This document shows, one piece after another, positions 19,150 through 31,210 of a DNA stretch of 64,000 nt. How positions within the stretch are numbered: position 1 is the stretch's first letter; each line of letters begins with the position of its first letter. Origin of the DNA: an uncultured Chloroflexia bacterium (GTDB taxonomy: Bacteria; Chloroflexota; Anaerolineae; Anaerolineales; UBA4823). The notes beneath the pieces were generated by a model. That model ran no database searches and was not told the origin of the DNA. It worked only from the letters and a program-made list of their open reading frames with translations. The stretch spans positions 64,928 through 128,927 of the forward strand of contig CAVZSS010000018.1 in the NCBI GenBank assembly GCA_963777965.1. The letters are read 5' to 3'. The position numbers and the translations under genes are program-made.

Positions 19150-20001
19150 TTACATACCAGCCATGTATGTCAAACCCACAACCCCTGGGCCAATGTTGGC
19201 ACCGATGGCTGGACTGACCTCAGAGGAGTATGATTTTACTGGTTTGAATTTCTTGATAGCTTCCTCAAGCACAACGCGTGCATCCTCGGGTGCGCTTGCA
19301 TGCAGGGATGCCAGGCGGACAGGGGTGCGACCACCTATTTGTTCTCCCACAAGCTCAATAATCCGGCTTAGCGACTTGGTGCGCGTACGTACCCGTTCTG
19401 CCGCTTCAACTCTACCATCACGCAGCTCAAGGATAGGTTTGAAATTCAATACGGTCCCGAGGAAACGGCTTGCGCCTCCAATCCGCCCACCCCGGTGTAG
19501 GAATTCCAGTGTGTCCACAGCAAAAAAGAGACCGGTATTCTGAGAAGCTTTCTGGGCTAATTCAACACATTCTGCTAGGCTGGCTCCCTGTTCAATGGCT
19601 CGAGCCACGGATAGAAGGTGAAAACCCAATGCCATGGCTGTGGAATTTGAATCGATAATTTCCACTGGTGCATCAGGAGCCAGCATCGCTTTAGCCTGGA
19701 CAGCCGAGTTAACCGTACCTGATAACTTGGACGAGATGAGAATGGACACGATTTGGTAATCTTGCGCAAGCAGATTGTTATATATTTCGAGAAATTTGCC
19801 TATGGTCGCCTGTGAAGTGGACGGCATAACGGTTGCTTTTTTTAGGCGCGTGTAAAAATCACCCGGCGTGATATCCACACCGTCCTCAAAGGTCTCTTTT
19901 CCCCAGATTAAAACCTGCGGAGCAACTGTAATGTTATACTTCTTGATCAATTCCTCTGGCATGGAACATGTGCTGTCTGTTACGATTGCAATTTTTGACA
20001 T
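19150..20001 (-). CDS. DegV family fatty-acid-binding protein
   Basis: 283 aa. MSKIAIVTDSTCSMPEELIKKYNITVAPQVLIW...STSQATIGKF fits the DegV pattern. Confidence 0.9.
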   Translation of the reverse strand: MSKIAIVTDSTCSMPEELIKKYNITVAPQVLIWGKETFEDGVDITPGDFYTRLKKATVMPSTSQATIGKFLEIYNNLLAQDYQIVSILISSKLSGTVNSAVQAKAMLAPDAPVEIIDSNSTAMALGFHLLSVARAIEQGASLAECVELAQKASQNTGLFFAVDTLEFLHRGGRIGGASRFLGTVLNFKPILELRDGRVEAAERVRTRTKSLSRIIELVGEQIGGRTPVRLASLHASAPEDARVVLEEAIKKFKPVKSYSSEVSPAIGANIGPGVVGLTYMAGM

Positions 20002-20180
20002 TAATAACTCCTTGGCGAAGATATAGCTTATGTCTATAGGATGATATTTCTGATTCTGTAAAGTATTTCTAGTGATAATACAACCCTTCCAGTAGCTTAA
20101 AGTTGCACATGTGTAGACCCAATCATAAGAGAGCCGCTATTGAGCACACGCATGGGCTGGACTCTCTTCATTATCTACTC

Positions 20181-20209
20181 TTGACCATTCTAGGCTTACA
20201 CGCTAAAAT
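20181..20209 (+). promoter_or_regulatory. sigma-70-like promoter immediately upstream of the ffh start codon
   Basis: TTGACC (20181..20186), 17-nt spacer, TAAAAT (20204..20209). The GTG start at 20218 is only 8 nt beyond the -10 element, and there is no SD. Confidence 0.5.
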
Positions 20210-20217
20210 GCAGTCCT

Positions 20218-21540
20218 GTGTTTGAGAACCTGACTGAACGCCTGAATAATGTATTCACGCAACTACGCCGCCGGGGAAAACTCTCGGCGGCTGATGTTGA
20301 TACTGCCATGCGCGAAGTTCGGCTTGCTTTACTGGAAGCTGATGTCAACTACGGCGTGGTAAAGGATTTTGTTGCCCGTGTACGTGAACGGTCGATTGGC
20401 GTAGAAGTATCGAAAGCCCTGAACCCAGCGCAGCAGGTTATCAAGATAGTTAACGAGGAATTGATTAACACGCTTGGTAATCCTGAACGGCTTAATCTGA
20501 CTGGTTCACGCCCTTGTGTCTTTATGTTGGTTGGGCTACAAGGTTCAGGTAAGACCACCGCAACTGCAAAACTGGCACGCCAGCTGCGTGGCCAAGGTGA
20601 ACGGGTGATGATGGTTGCTGCTGACCCATACCGCCCGGCAGCAGTGAAACAGCTTGAAACGCTGGGTGAAAAATTGGCTGTCCCTGTATATTCAGAGCCC
20701 GGAGTTAAACCACCCGACCTGGCAGCGCATGCCCTGGATAAAGCCCAAAAAGGCGGCATTACAGTCCTCATTCTGGATACAGCCGGACGTTCACAGCTCG
20801 ACAGTACCTTAATGGATGAACTGACTGCCATTGCCAAAAAAGTTCACCCGGTTGAGACACTCTTGGTGGTGGACTCGATGATTGGTCAGGAAGCAGTCAA
20901 TATCGCCAAAGGCTTCCGCGAGGCTATTCCGCTTACGGGTTTAATCCTGACCAAGATGGATGGGGATGCCCGGGGTGGTGCGGCAATTTCGATCCGTGCT
21001 GTGACAGGCGTTCCGATTAAGTACATTGGCACGGGTGAAGCTTTGGACGCGCTTGAAGTATATGACCCTGGTCGCCTGGCTTCCCGCATTCTGGGAATGG
21101 GTGATATGCTGGGGTTGATAGAAAAGGCAGAGGCTGCCTTCGACCAGCAGCAATCCCAGAAAGATGCCGAGAGACTGTTAAAAGGTGAGTTTTCTTTGGA
21201 AGATTTCGCCAATCAGCTCAGGCAGGTAAGGAAGATGGGCCCAATTGCCCAGGTGCTGGAGATGTTGCCTGGTGGGATGGGTCAGTTAGCACGCCAGATT
21301 GACCCGAAGGATGCTGAAAAACAGCTTAAAATGACTGAAGCGATCATCAACTCGATGACGCCCCACGAACGGCGCCGGCCAGATGTATTAAATGCCAGCC
21401 GCCGTCGACGCATTGCCACGGGTTCTGGAACTGAAGTCCAGGATGTCAATCGCCTGATCAAGCAGTACCACGAGGCACAGCGTTTGTTCAAGAATATTAA
21501 GAAGTCTGGCGCGCGTGGGTTACCACGCATGTTTGGATGA
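20218..21540 (+). CDS. ffh: signal recognition particle protein Ffh
   Basis: MFENLTERLNNVF..., GTPase motifs GLQGSGKTT and DTAGR, and a Met-rich M domain. Confidence 0.96.
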   Translation: MFENLTERLNNVFTQLRRRGKLSAADVDTAMREVRLALLEADVNYGVVKDFVARVRERSIGVEVSKALNPAQQVIKIVNEELINTLGNPERLNLTGSRPCVFMLVGLQGSGKTTATAKLARQLRGQGERVMMVAADPYRPAAVKQLETLGEKLAVPVYSEPGVKPPDLAAHALDKAQKGGITVLILDTAGRSQLDSTLMDELTAIAKKVHPVETLLVVDSMIGQEAVNIAKGFREAIPLTGLILTKMDGDARGGAAISIRAVTGVPIKYIGTGEALDALEVYDPGRLASRILGMGDMLGLIEKAEAAFDQQQSQKDAERLLKGEFSLEDFANQLRQVRKMGPIAQVLEMLPGGMGQLARQIDPKDAEKQLKMTEAIINSMTPHERRRPDVLNASRRRRIATGSGTEVQDVNRLIKQYHEAQRLFKNIKKSGARGLPRMFG

Positions 21541-21677
21541 CGGGATGGGGTTGCCCCATTTCGACTGGGAAATAATACCGGTGGTGCGCGACCCTTCCGC
21601 GTTCCCCTCATACTCACCGGGTATGTGACCCAGAAAAATTGATCAAGATTATTAGATAGAAGGAGACTAGTTAAAAA

Positions 21678-22025
21678 ATGGTACGTATCCGTTTACGCCG
21701 TGTAGGTGCAAAGAAGCAGCCCAGTTACCGAATCGTGGCTGCAGATATCGAACATCCCCGCGATGGTCGTTTCCTGGAAATCTTGGGTTTTTATAATCCA
21801 CGCACTCAACCGGGGACGATTGAGTTGAATGAAGAGCGAATATACGACTGGATCAGCAAAGGCGCTCAGCCCAGCGAGTCAGTCAGCAAGCTTTTCAAAA
21901 CCAGTGGTTTGACAGGCCGCTTTGAACGTTTAAAAGCTGGTGAGCCACTTGAGACACTGTTGGCCGAGGCAAAAGCTGCCCAGGCATCACGCCAACCGAG
22001 CCCTCAAACCAGCCAGCGCAAGTGA
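21678..22025 (+). CDS. rpsP: 30S ribosomal protein S16
   Basis: MVRIRLRRVGAKKQPSYRIVAAD...GFYNP, with SD GAAGGAGA upstream. Confidence 0.96.
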   Translation: MVRIRLRRVGAKKQPSYRIVAADIEHPRDGRFLEILGFYNPRTQPGTIELNEERIYDWISKGAQPSESVSKLFKTSGLTGRFERLKAGEPLETLLAEAKAAQASRQPSPQTSQRK

Positions 22026-22136
22026 TGGATTAAGAAATATAACAACCAGATCCTTGGGCAATTGCGCATGCTGATCGAATGTGGCAATGCCTCATAGAAG
22101 AAAGCTGCGTAAACTGCCAGGAACAGGGAGTGATTT

Positions 22137-22373
22137 ATGAAAGAACTCATCGAGTTCATCGCCACTTCATTGGTGGACGATCCTACGCAAGTAAGGGTCT
22201 CGCAAGAACAACGGGGTGGTAAAACGTATATTAAGCTGAAGGTTGCCAAGGAGGATATGGGGCGCGTGATAGGCCGGCAGGGAAGGGTCGCCAATGCCAT
22301 GCGCATGCTCCTGAATGTATCTGCTTCACGGCAGGGCAAACAAGCTTACCTGGATGTTGAAGATCCTCAATGA
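22137..22373 (+). CDS. KH-domain RNA-binding protein (YlqC/UPF0109 family)
   Basis: 78 aa with GRVIGRQGRVANAMR (GxxG KH motif). It sits in the canonical position between rpsP and rimM. Confidence 0.85.
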   Translation: MKELIEFIATSLVDDPTQVRVSQEQRGGKTYIKLKVAKEDMGRVIGRQGRVANAMRMLLNVSASRQGKQAYLDVEDPQ

Positions 22374-22945
22374 GGAGAGCCAGGGGTTATTCAACCAGAG
22401 CGAACGCTGCAGGCTCGCCACCGCTCGGCGAGCCTGCATTCATTGCTGTTGGTAAATTGCGCCATGCCCATGGGGTACATGGTGAGATACTTATGGAAGT
22501 CTACACCGACTTTCCTGATCGCCTTCAGCCAGGAGTTATTTTATACCTGGGCGAAGAAGATTTGCAATTACGGCTGATAAAATGCCGTCAGCATGGGAAA
22601 GGTCTGTTGATGACCTTTGAAGGTTTCTCATCACCGGAAGAGATTGGCCAGTACCGTAACCAGATCGTATATGTCAAATCTATCGACCGCCCACCACTGG
22701 AGAATGGCGAATATTACCATCACCAGTTGATCGGATTGCGCGTAGTTACCCGTGACGGGAAGACCATTGGGACAGTTACCGAGATATTGGAGACTGGAGC
22801 CAGCGATGTCTTGCTGGTTCTCCCAGAATCTGGCCCTGAAATCCTGATCCCGGTTGTTGACTCATTTGTCAACGAAATTAACCTTGACCGGCGTGAGATA
22901 ACTGTGCAGCTTATCCCGGGCATGCTGGCGGAGGAGGCTGGATAG
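22370..22945 (+). CDS. rimM: 16S rRNA processing protein RimM
   Basis: IAVGKLRHAHGVHGEILMEVYTDFPDR plus a PRC-barrel C-terminus. It overlaps the preceding KH gene. Confidence 0.9.
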   Translation: MRRARGYSTRANAAGSPPLGEPAFIAVGKLRHAHGVHGEILMEVYTDFPDRLQPGVILYLGEEDLQLRLIKCRQHGKGLLMTFEGFSSPEEIGQYRNQIVYVKSIDRPPLENGEYYHHQLIGLRVVTRDGKTIGTVTEILETGASDVLLVLPESGPEILIPVVDSFVNEINLDRREITVQLIPGMLAEEAG

Positions 22946-24054
22946 TGACCGATCCCAGGATGTATTGGGTGGGGCTGAATATGGTTAAAGGGATAGGCTC
23001 GGTTAGGTTCAAGGCCTTACTGGATGTATTGGGTGATCCAGAAACTGCCTGGAATGCCTCGCCTGATGCGTGGCTCAACATGGGGTTAAACCAGAAGATT
23101 GTCGACTCCTTCCAGCGAGTGCGGAAGGGAGTTTCGCTGGACCAGGTTTGGGACCGCATCCAGTCTCTGGGTGTGGAGGTGCTCACCTGGGATGATGGAG
23201 CATACCCACGGCTTTTAAAGGAAATAGACCAGCCTCCACCGGTATTGTACGTGCGGGGCTCATTGTTACCCGAGGATGACTGGTCGGTGGCCATCGTGGG
23301 CACACGCCGTGTAACAGCTTATGGCCGCCAGGTGGCTGAAGAAGTTGCCACCAACCTGGCACAAAATGGGGTGACGGTTGTGAGTGGTTTGGCGCGTGGG
23401 GTCGATTCAATTGCCCACCAATCTGCCATCAGTGCTGGTGGTCGCACCCTGGCTGTCTTGGGTAATGGCGTCGATGTTGTTTACCCCCCGGAAAACAGGA
23501 ATTTAGCTGCCCAGATCATGGAACATGGTGCATTGGTCAGTGATTACCCGCTTGGCACGCAGCCGGATGGGATCAACTTTCCGCCCCGAAACCGTATCAT
23601 TTCAGGCTTATCCAGGGCGGTCATCATTGTGGAAGCCGGTTCAACCAGCGGCGCGCTGATCACCGCCACATTTGCAGCTGAGCAAGGCCGGGATGTATTC
23701 GCAGTGCCTGGGAATATCAATGCCCCTCAAAGCCAGGGCACCAACCGGCTCATCCGTGATGGAGCATTCCCGCTTCTGAATCCGCAGGATGTACTCGAAA
23801 CTCTAAACCTGACCATGGTCACTGAGCATCGCACCGTCCGGGTGGTACTTCCTGCCGACCCGATTGAAGCCCGCTTATACCAATTGCTCTCCCAGGAACC
23901 AAGGCATGTGGATGAAATCCGTTCCCAAGCCAATATGCCCATCGAAAAAGTCTCTGCCACGCTGGCCATGATGGAGCTGAAGGGGATGGTACGCCAGGTG
24001 GGTGGGATGAATTATGTGGCAGTGCGGGAACACCCCGAAGTCTACGAGGTATAA
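22945..24054 (+). CDS. dprA: DNA processing protein DprA (Smf)
   Basis: VSGLARGVDSIAHQSAISAGGRTLAVLGNGVDVVYPPEN, a Rossmann-like DprA core, plus a C-terminal winged-helix-like tail. Confidence 0.9.
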   Translation: MTDPRMYWVGLNMVKGIGSVRFKALLDVLGDPETAWNASPDAWLNMGLNQKIVDSFQRVRKGVSLDQVWDRIQSLGVEVLTWDDGAYPRLLKEIDQPPPVLYVRGSLLPEDDWSVAIVGTRRVTAYGRQVAEEVATNLAQNGVTVVSGLARGVDSIAHQSAISAGGRTLAVLGNGVDVVYPPENRNLAAQIMEHGALVSDYPLGTQPDGINFPPRNRIISGLSRAVIIVEAGSTSGALITATFAAEQGRDVFAVPGNINAPQSQGTNRLIRDGAFPLLNPQDVLETLNLTMVTEHRTVRVVLPADPIEARLYQLLSQEPRHVDEIRSQANMPIEKVSATLAMMELKGMVRQVGGMNYVAVREHPEVYEV

Positions 24055-24127
24055 ATGATTGACCATCTCAAGCTTGAAATCGAAGCTTTGTAATTCATTT
24101 TGTTGTTAAAGAACCAGGAGGTTTACT

Positions 24128-26437
<2,310 letters not shown>

Positions 26438-26460
26438 AAACAAGTTTATCTGGATATGTA

Positions 26461-26490
26461 GAGACGCCCCGGCAAGGCGTCTCATTCTTA
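26461..26490 (+). terminator. hairpin terminator after topA
   Basis: GAGACGCC-CCGGCAA-GGCGTCTC followed by ATTCTTAT (a weak T-tract). Confidence 0.45.
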
Positions 26491-26654
26491 TAAAGGTTTC
26501 ATTCGGCAGAGCTCTTGCGCCGTGTAAATTCAATGATTAAATTTAGTTGCATGTTTCCTAAGTATGGTCTAAAATAGGAGACGGCTTATACGATAGGCAG
26601 TTTTATGCATTCGCCTCGTCATGATCATTAGAATCCTAGTCCTGGAGTGAAATT

Positions 26655-27662
26655 ATGGACCAAATGCGTGAATATTCCAAACGACCGCTTGTAATCGGTA
26701 TCCTTGCTTTTATTGTGGGCGTGATCATCGGTCTGGTAGTGCTCGGCTGGTGGTTATGGCCTGTTGAATGGGCTGATGCCTCACCTGCACAACTTCAGGC
26801 AGGCTGGCAGGATATGTGGCTGGAAATGTCAATCCATTCTTATCAGGCCACGGGTGATGCAGCTGCAGCAAAAGTGCAATACGATGCACTGGGTGATTTC
26901 GCTGACGATACACTGGCTCGGGTACAGTCCAACCCCAAGGGGATTGATCCAAACCTGATCTCGCAATATGCAGCCGTGGTGGGAGCAACTACCCAGGTTC
27001 CACCTGGGGTCACTCCCACTGCACCCCCGGCAGAGGGCGGACAGAAAAGCATTACCACGCTTTTGATTGTGATGTGCGTGGTGACGCTGTTGGTGGGAGC
27101 AGCGATCGTGATTTATTTCGTCCTTCAGGGTCGCAAGAAAGCCGGCGGCGTTGAGCCCATAACCCCGATGCCCATCTCGGAAGGTGAAGCCCCAGCTGAT
27201 TGGGGAAATTACGCTGCACCAAGTGATCAAGCCCCCATGGCACAGTTTATGGCCTCCTACAAGGCCGGAGATGACCTGTTCGACGACTTATTCAGCATTG
27301 ATTCACCCTCTGGCGAGTTCCTGGGTGAATGTGGCGTTGGCATCTCCGAGACCATTGGTGTGGGTGTGCCTAAAAAGGTGACTGCCTTTGAGGTATGGCT
27401 GTTCGATAAGAATGACATTCAAACGGTGACCAAGGTACTGATGAGTGCCCATGCCTTCAGCGACCCCGCCATCCGGCAAAAGCTGGAAGCCAAGGGTGAG
27501 CCCTTCCAGGCAAATTCGGGCGGGCAGACTATCCTCGAAACCGCCACCCTGCGCCTGGTTGCCCGTGTGGTGGATATGACCTACGGGCAGGGTGCGTTAC
27601 CCGAGAGCAGCTACTTCGACTCGCTGGTGCTTGAGCTGGCTATCTGGCAGAAGCAGCAGTAA
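26655..27662 (+). CDS. hypothetical two-TM membrane protein (335 aa)
   Basis: ORF with an N-terminal TM (LVIGILAFIVGVIIGLVVLGWWLW), a PT linker, a second TM (ITTLLIVMCVVTLLVGAAIVIYFVL) and a ~170-aa C-terminal soluble region. I recognise no family. Confidence 0.6.
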   Translation: MDQMREYSKRPLVIGILAFIVGVIIGLVVLGWWLWPVEWADASPAQLQAGWQDMWLEMSIHSYQATGDAAAAKVQYDALGDFADDTLARVQSNPKGIDPNLISQYAAVVGATTQVPPGVTPTAPPAEGGQKSITTLLIVMCVVTLLVGAAIVIYFVLQGRKKAGGVEPITPMPISEGEAPADWGNYAAPSDQAPMAQFMASYKAGDDLFDDLFSIDSPSGEFLGECGVGISETIGVGVPKKVTAFEVWLFDKNDIQTVTKVLMSAHAFSDPAIRQKLEAKGEPFQANSGGQTILETATLRLVARVVDMTYGQGALPESSYFDSLVLELAIWQKQQ

Positions 27663-27682
27663 ACCGGCATCTCTTTAAATTA

Positions 27683-27719
27683 AGAGTGGATTGGTTGGTG
27701 CCAATCCACTCTTTTTGTT
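27683..27719. terminator. bidirectional intrinsic terminator between convergent genes
   Basis: AGAGTGGATTGG-TTGGTG-CCAATCCACTCT followed by TTTTGTT. Confidence 0.75.
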
Positions 27720-27725
27720 AAACAC

Positions 27726-28193
27726 CTATTCAATTTTGAGTATTTTAAGTTTGATCTCCCCACCGGGCGTGGTGGCTGTTACCACATCACCCACATGGCA
27801 GCCCATCAAGACCCTTCCGATGGGAGACTCATTGGAGATTTTCCCGTTGCGTGGGTCGGCTTCTTTGGCTCCCACCAGGTAATATGTCTCCTCCGGGTCA
27901 TCACCTTCCTGGACAGTGACACACGACCCCACCTGGATCGTATCAGTGGATCGCTCGGAGACATCCACGATCGTGGCTTTCTTCAGGATATACTCCAACT
28001 CCTGGATCCTCCCTTCCAGGAATGACTGATCTTCTTTTGCCTTATGGTAATCTGCGTTCTCAGAAAGGTCGCCCATCTGGATGGCTGAACGCAAACGTTT
28101 GGCGATTTCATCCCGTTTTGGACCTTTCAATTCTTCCAACTCAGCCGATAATTTTGCAGCACCTTCTTGTGTTAAATATGTCTCCTGCTCCAT
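27726..28193 (-). CDS. greA: transcription elongation factor GreA
   Basis: 155 aa. LTQEGAAKLSAELEELKGPKRDEIAKRLRSAIQMGDLSENADYHKAKEDQ is classic GreA. Confidence 0.95.
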   Translation of the reverse strand: MEQETYLTQEGAAKLSAELEELKGPKRDEIAKRLRSAIQMGDLSENADYHKAKEDQSFLEGRIQELEYILKKATIVDVSERSTDTIQVGSCVTVQEGDDPEETYYLVGAKEADPRNGKISNESPIGRVLMGCHVGDVVTATTPGGEIKLKILKIE

Positions 28194-28203
28194 AGGCTTA
28201 CCT

Positions 28204-29356
28204 TTAAGGTTTCATCACCGGGTCAAACAGCTTTTGGTATTCTTCCACCGCGAACCGGTCGGTCATACCGGCAATATAATCGCAGATGGTGCGCTCCAGG
28301 CCGCGTTCTTTCGTCCAATCCTGCACGTGATTTGGCAATATGGCTGGTTCCAGCTTATAAGCCCGGAAAAGGTCATTGATGATTCGCTCTGCCTTGACCG
28401 CCATCCTGACTACACGGTGGTGGCGGTAAAGATTGGTATACAGGAAAGTCCTTTAACTCCCGGTTACGCCGGTGCATTTCTTCACTGAAACTCACCACGT
28501 TATACGGCAGGTGCTGTAAGTCAAGCACTGACCTTGTCCCACTCTCACGCAAGCGCTGGTCGGTGGCATGGATCAGGTCGCTGACCTCCATATCGATCAG
28601 GTTGCGGATCATCCTATGGCGAGAGAGATCGTCCAACACCTGCCCACGCCAACCCACGCTTTCCACCAGGATTTCCCAAAGTGAGATGCCTTCCAACATG
28701 CGGGAGGTAATCATCCCCGAGTGCAGTCCATCATCCAGGTCATGGGCGGTATACGAAAGTTCATCAGCTGCGTTCGTTACCTGGGCTTCCAGGGGTCCTC
28801 TCAGCTCAACGTCGAAATCGCGCGCGTCCGCAACATCATATTCCGATTCGTGTTTTACGATGCCTTCACGCACTTCCCAGGTCAGGTTAAGACCGGGAAA
28901 ATCCTGGTAGCGCTGCTCAAGCTTGGTGACGATGCGCAGGGATTGCCGGTTGTGATCAAAGCCGCCGTAATCCTTCATCAGGCGTGCCAGGGTGGTCTCG
29001 CCATTATGGCCGAATGGCGGGTGTCCCAGGTCGTGTGCCAGGCAGATTGCCTCGGTTAGATCCGGGTTCGCACCCAAAGCACGCGCAATCGTCCGCCCGA
29101 TCTGCGAAACCTCAAGTGTGTGGGTTAACCTTGTGCGATAATAATCCCCCTCATAATTGATAAAAACCTGCGTTTTATACTCCAGGCGGCGGAAGGCTGT
29201 GGTATGCAGGATGCGGTCCCGGTCGCGCTGGTATGCAGTGCGGTACTCCGGCTCCTCTTCCGGGTAACAGCGCCCTTTTGTATTCTTGCTGCGTATCCCA
29301 TAAGGTGCCAGGCTTTGGTCTTCAATGGATTCAAGTTCTTTTCGGGTGAAAAACAT
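28204..29356 (-). CDS. dGTP triphosphohydrolase-like HD-domain protein; frame broken once
   Basis: HD motifs RLTHTLEV and LAHDLGHPPFGH. ORFs 28373..29356 and 28204..28404 join as ...ELKDF|LYTNLYRHHRVVRMAVKAERIINDLF... by a 1-nt shift near 28443..28447. Confidence 0.85.
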
Positions 29357-29438
29357 AATTTCCCTTTATCAAAGGACAATTTTGGTTTAATTTATCCAAA
29401 CCGTATTATAACGCTTCTTATTTGAGGGGAAACAAACC

Positions 29439-30239
29439 CTAAGAATGAATTGTCGTTCCAATGGGCTCGCCAAGCAGTGCCCGTTGGATGTTTCCCGGTA
29501 TCTCCCCGGAAAAGATGGACCCTTTTAATCCAGGGAATGCCTCAACCAGAGACAAAACCTGTCTCACCTTTTCAGCCATACCGCCGGTTACATCCGTAGC
29601 AGATGAACCACCCAGGCCGGCCTTAACGAGCGATAAGCTTCCGGGTGTGATCTCTTGAAGAAGGCGTGTGTTCTTTGGGAAATCTGCCCAAACTCCGGGT
29701 TCGATCCCCACTAACAGGAGTTGTGTTGCCGGGATATGGTATACCAGGTGGGTAAACAGGTCTTCCGTGGATAAAATGGTCCCTCCAAGCAATGAATCGA
29801 AGACGACATCCCCATAGATCACGGGGAGAAGTTCCTTATCCAGCGCCTCCAGCAGCGTGTCCAGGTTCCAGCTCGCCACCCTTCCCTTCCGGGCGATGAC
29901 CATGGCTGAGGGGGGAAATGCGAGCGCAGGCAGGTTGGCTTTTGCAAGCGCCTCTAAAACCAGGTGGTTTAGATCCGCTGCCTCACGCCACACCTCCACG
30001 AACCCGGCCCACTCTTCGGCAGTTTTCACTCCCTGGCGGGTTTGATATTTACTTGCCGGGTAATGACCAAAAGAACCGGAACCATGACCCAGCACGATTT
30101 GCAAATCCCTGTCATCCATCCGGGCAGCCGCGATTTCCCTTGCCAGCCGTTCCAATACATCCAGCCTGGCAGTATGCGCTTGATTTTTATCTGTGATCAA
30201 TGAACCGCCCAGTTTTAAGAACACTAGCTTTCGGCTCAT
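29439..30239 (-). CDS. isopentenyl phosphate kinase (amino-acid-kinase fold)
   Basis: LVFLKLGGSLITDK and VLGHGSGSFGH motifs. It overlaps the upstream mevalonate kinase gene by 4 nt. Confidence 0.75.
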   Translation of the reverse strand: MSRKLVFLKLGGSLITDKNQAHTARLDVLERLAREIAAARMDDRDLQIVLGHGSGSFGHYPASKYQTRQGVKTAEEWAGFVEVWREAADLNHLVLEALAKANLPALAFPPSAMVIARKGRVASWNLDTLLEALDKELLPVIYGDVVFDSLLGGTILSTEDLFTHLVYHIPATQLLLVGIEPGVWADFPKNTRLLQEITPGSLSLVKAGLGGSSATDVTGGMAEKVRQVLSLVEAFPGLKGSIFSGEIPGNIQRALLGEPIGTTIHS

Positions 30240-31183
30240 GTTGCCCGGACCTCCGTTATGATAGTCCGCTTCGCTCCTGCGTTGGCAAGAGCTCCTGCCA
30301 GCGCTTCAGAATTATCAGGCATGACCAGGGCAATCATATTGCCTCCGCGCCCTGCCCCTGAGAGCTTGGCTCCCAACGCGCCTGCTGAGCGGGCAGCCTC
30401 CACCAGCCGATCAAGCTCTGGAGATGACACGTTCATATCTTGCAATCTTGCGTGGTTTTCATTCATTAATGGTCCAAGTAGCTCGATCGAACCTGACTCA
30501 ATGGCTTCACGGGCAGAAGCAGAGATCGCTCCAATTGCATCAAAAAAAGCCTCTAATGGACCACTCGCCTTTTCCCAGGCAAGACGCACATCACCCACCA
30601 CACTTGCTGTAGGGCTTTGAACCCCGGTATCACCGATCACCAGGGTGAAAGGATGTTTAACTTTAAGGATTTCAAGCATTTCCCCTTTTTCAAAATATAC
30701 GGGCTTGGCATACGTGATGACAGTATTATCGATCCCAGACGGAGTACCGTGGTGGAGCACCTCCACCTCATATGCCAGCTTGGAGACCTGTTCATCACTC
30801 AATGGGTGCCCCAACGAGGTGGAAAATGCGCGCAGGATCGCCACCGAGACAGCTGCACCTGAACCCATCCCACCAGCGATCGGGATATTGGATGCAACTT
30901 GAATGGTACATGCCGGGATATGGCTTAAATTCATGGCAGATGCTGCTTTCCAGATCACCGCCGCAAGAGGGTGATTTTCTGGTAAGTCAGACAGCGCAGA
31001 CTCAAGGCTAATATCAGGTGCCCGGAATAGTACTTTTCCTGGAGCGCTTCTTAGGTCAAAGGTGACGGTTGCCTTTGCCCTCACCTGCAGGACGGGGACG
31101 GCAATCGCCGGACGCCCATAAACAACAGCATGCTCGCCGAAAAGGATAATTTTACCCGGTGCAGTTGCATAATAAGCTGGCAT
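30236..31183 (-). CDS. mvk: mevalonate kinase (GHMP kinase)
   Basis: APGKIILFGEHAVVYG and the GHMP motif PIAGGMGSGAAVSVA. Confidence 0.85.
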   Translation of the reverse strand: MPAYYATAPGKIILFGEHAVVYGRPAIAVPVLQVRAKATVTFDLRSAPGKVLFRAPDISLESALSDLPENHPLAAVIWKAASAMNLSHIPACTIQVASNIPIAGGMGSGAAVSVAILRAFSTSLGHPLSDEQVSKLAYEVEVLHHGTPSGIDNTVITYAKPVYFEKGEMLEILKVKHPFTLVIGDTGVQSPTASVVGDVRLAWEKASGPLEAFFDAIGAISASAREAIESGSIELLGPLMNENHARLQDMNVSSPELDRLVEAARSAGALGAKLSGAGRGGNMIALVMPDNSEALAGALANAGAKRTIITEVRAT

Positions 31184-31210
31184 TTTATTTGTAGCGGAGC
31201 CTTGTATCAG

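Noticed and set aside
26461-26483. Paired GAGACG/CGTCTC (BsmBI-type) sites here and at 60698..60720 as cloning scars or engineered sequence
   Set aside because: The sites form the stems of hairpins placed right after stop codons and followed by T-tracts, so they behave as natural intrinsic terminators. Nothing else looks vector-derived.
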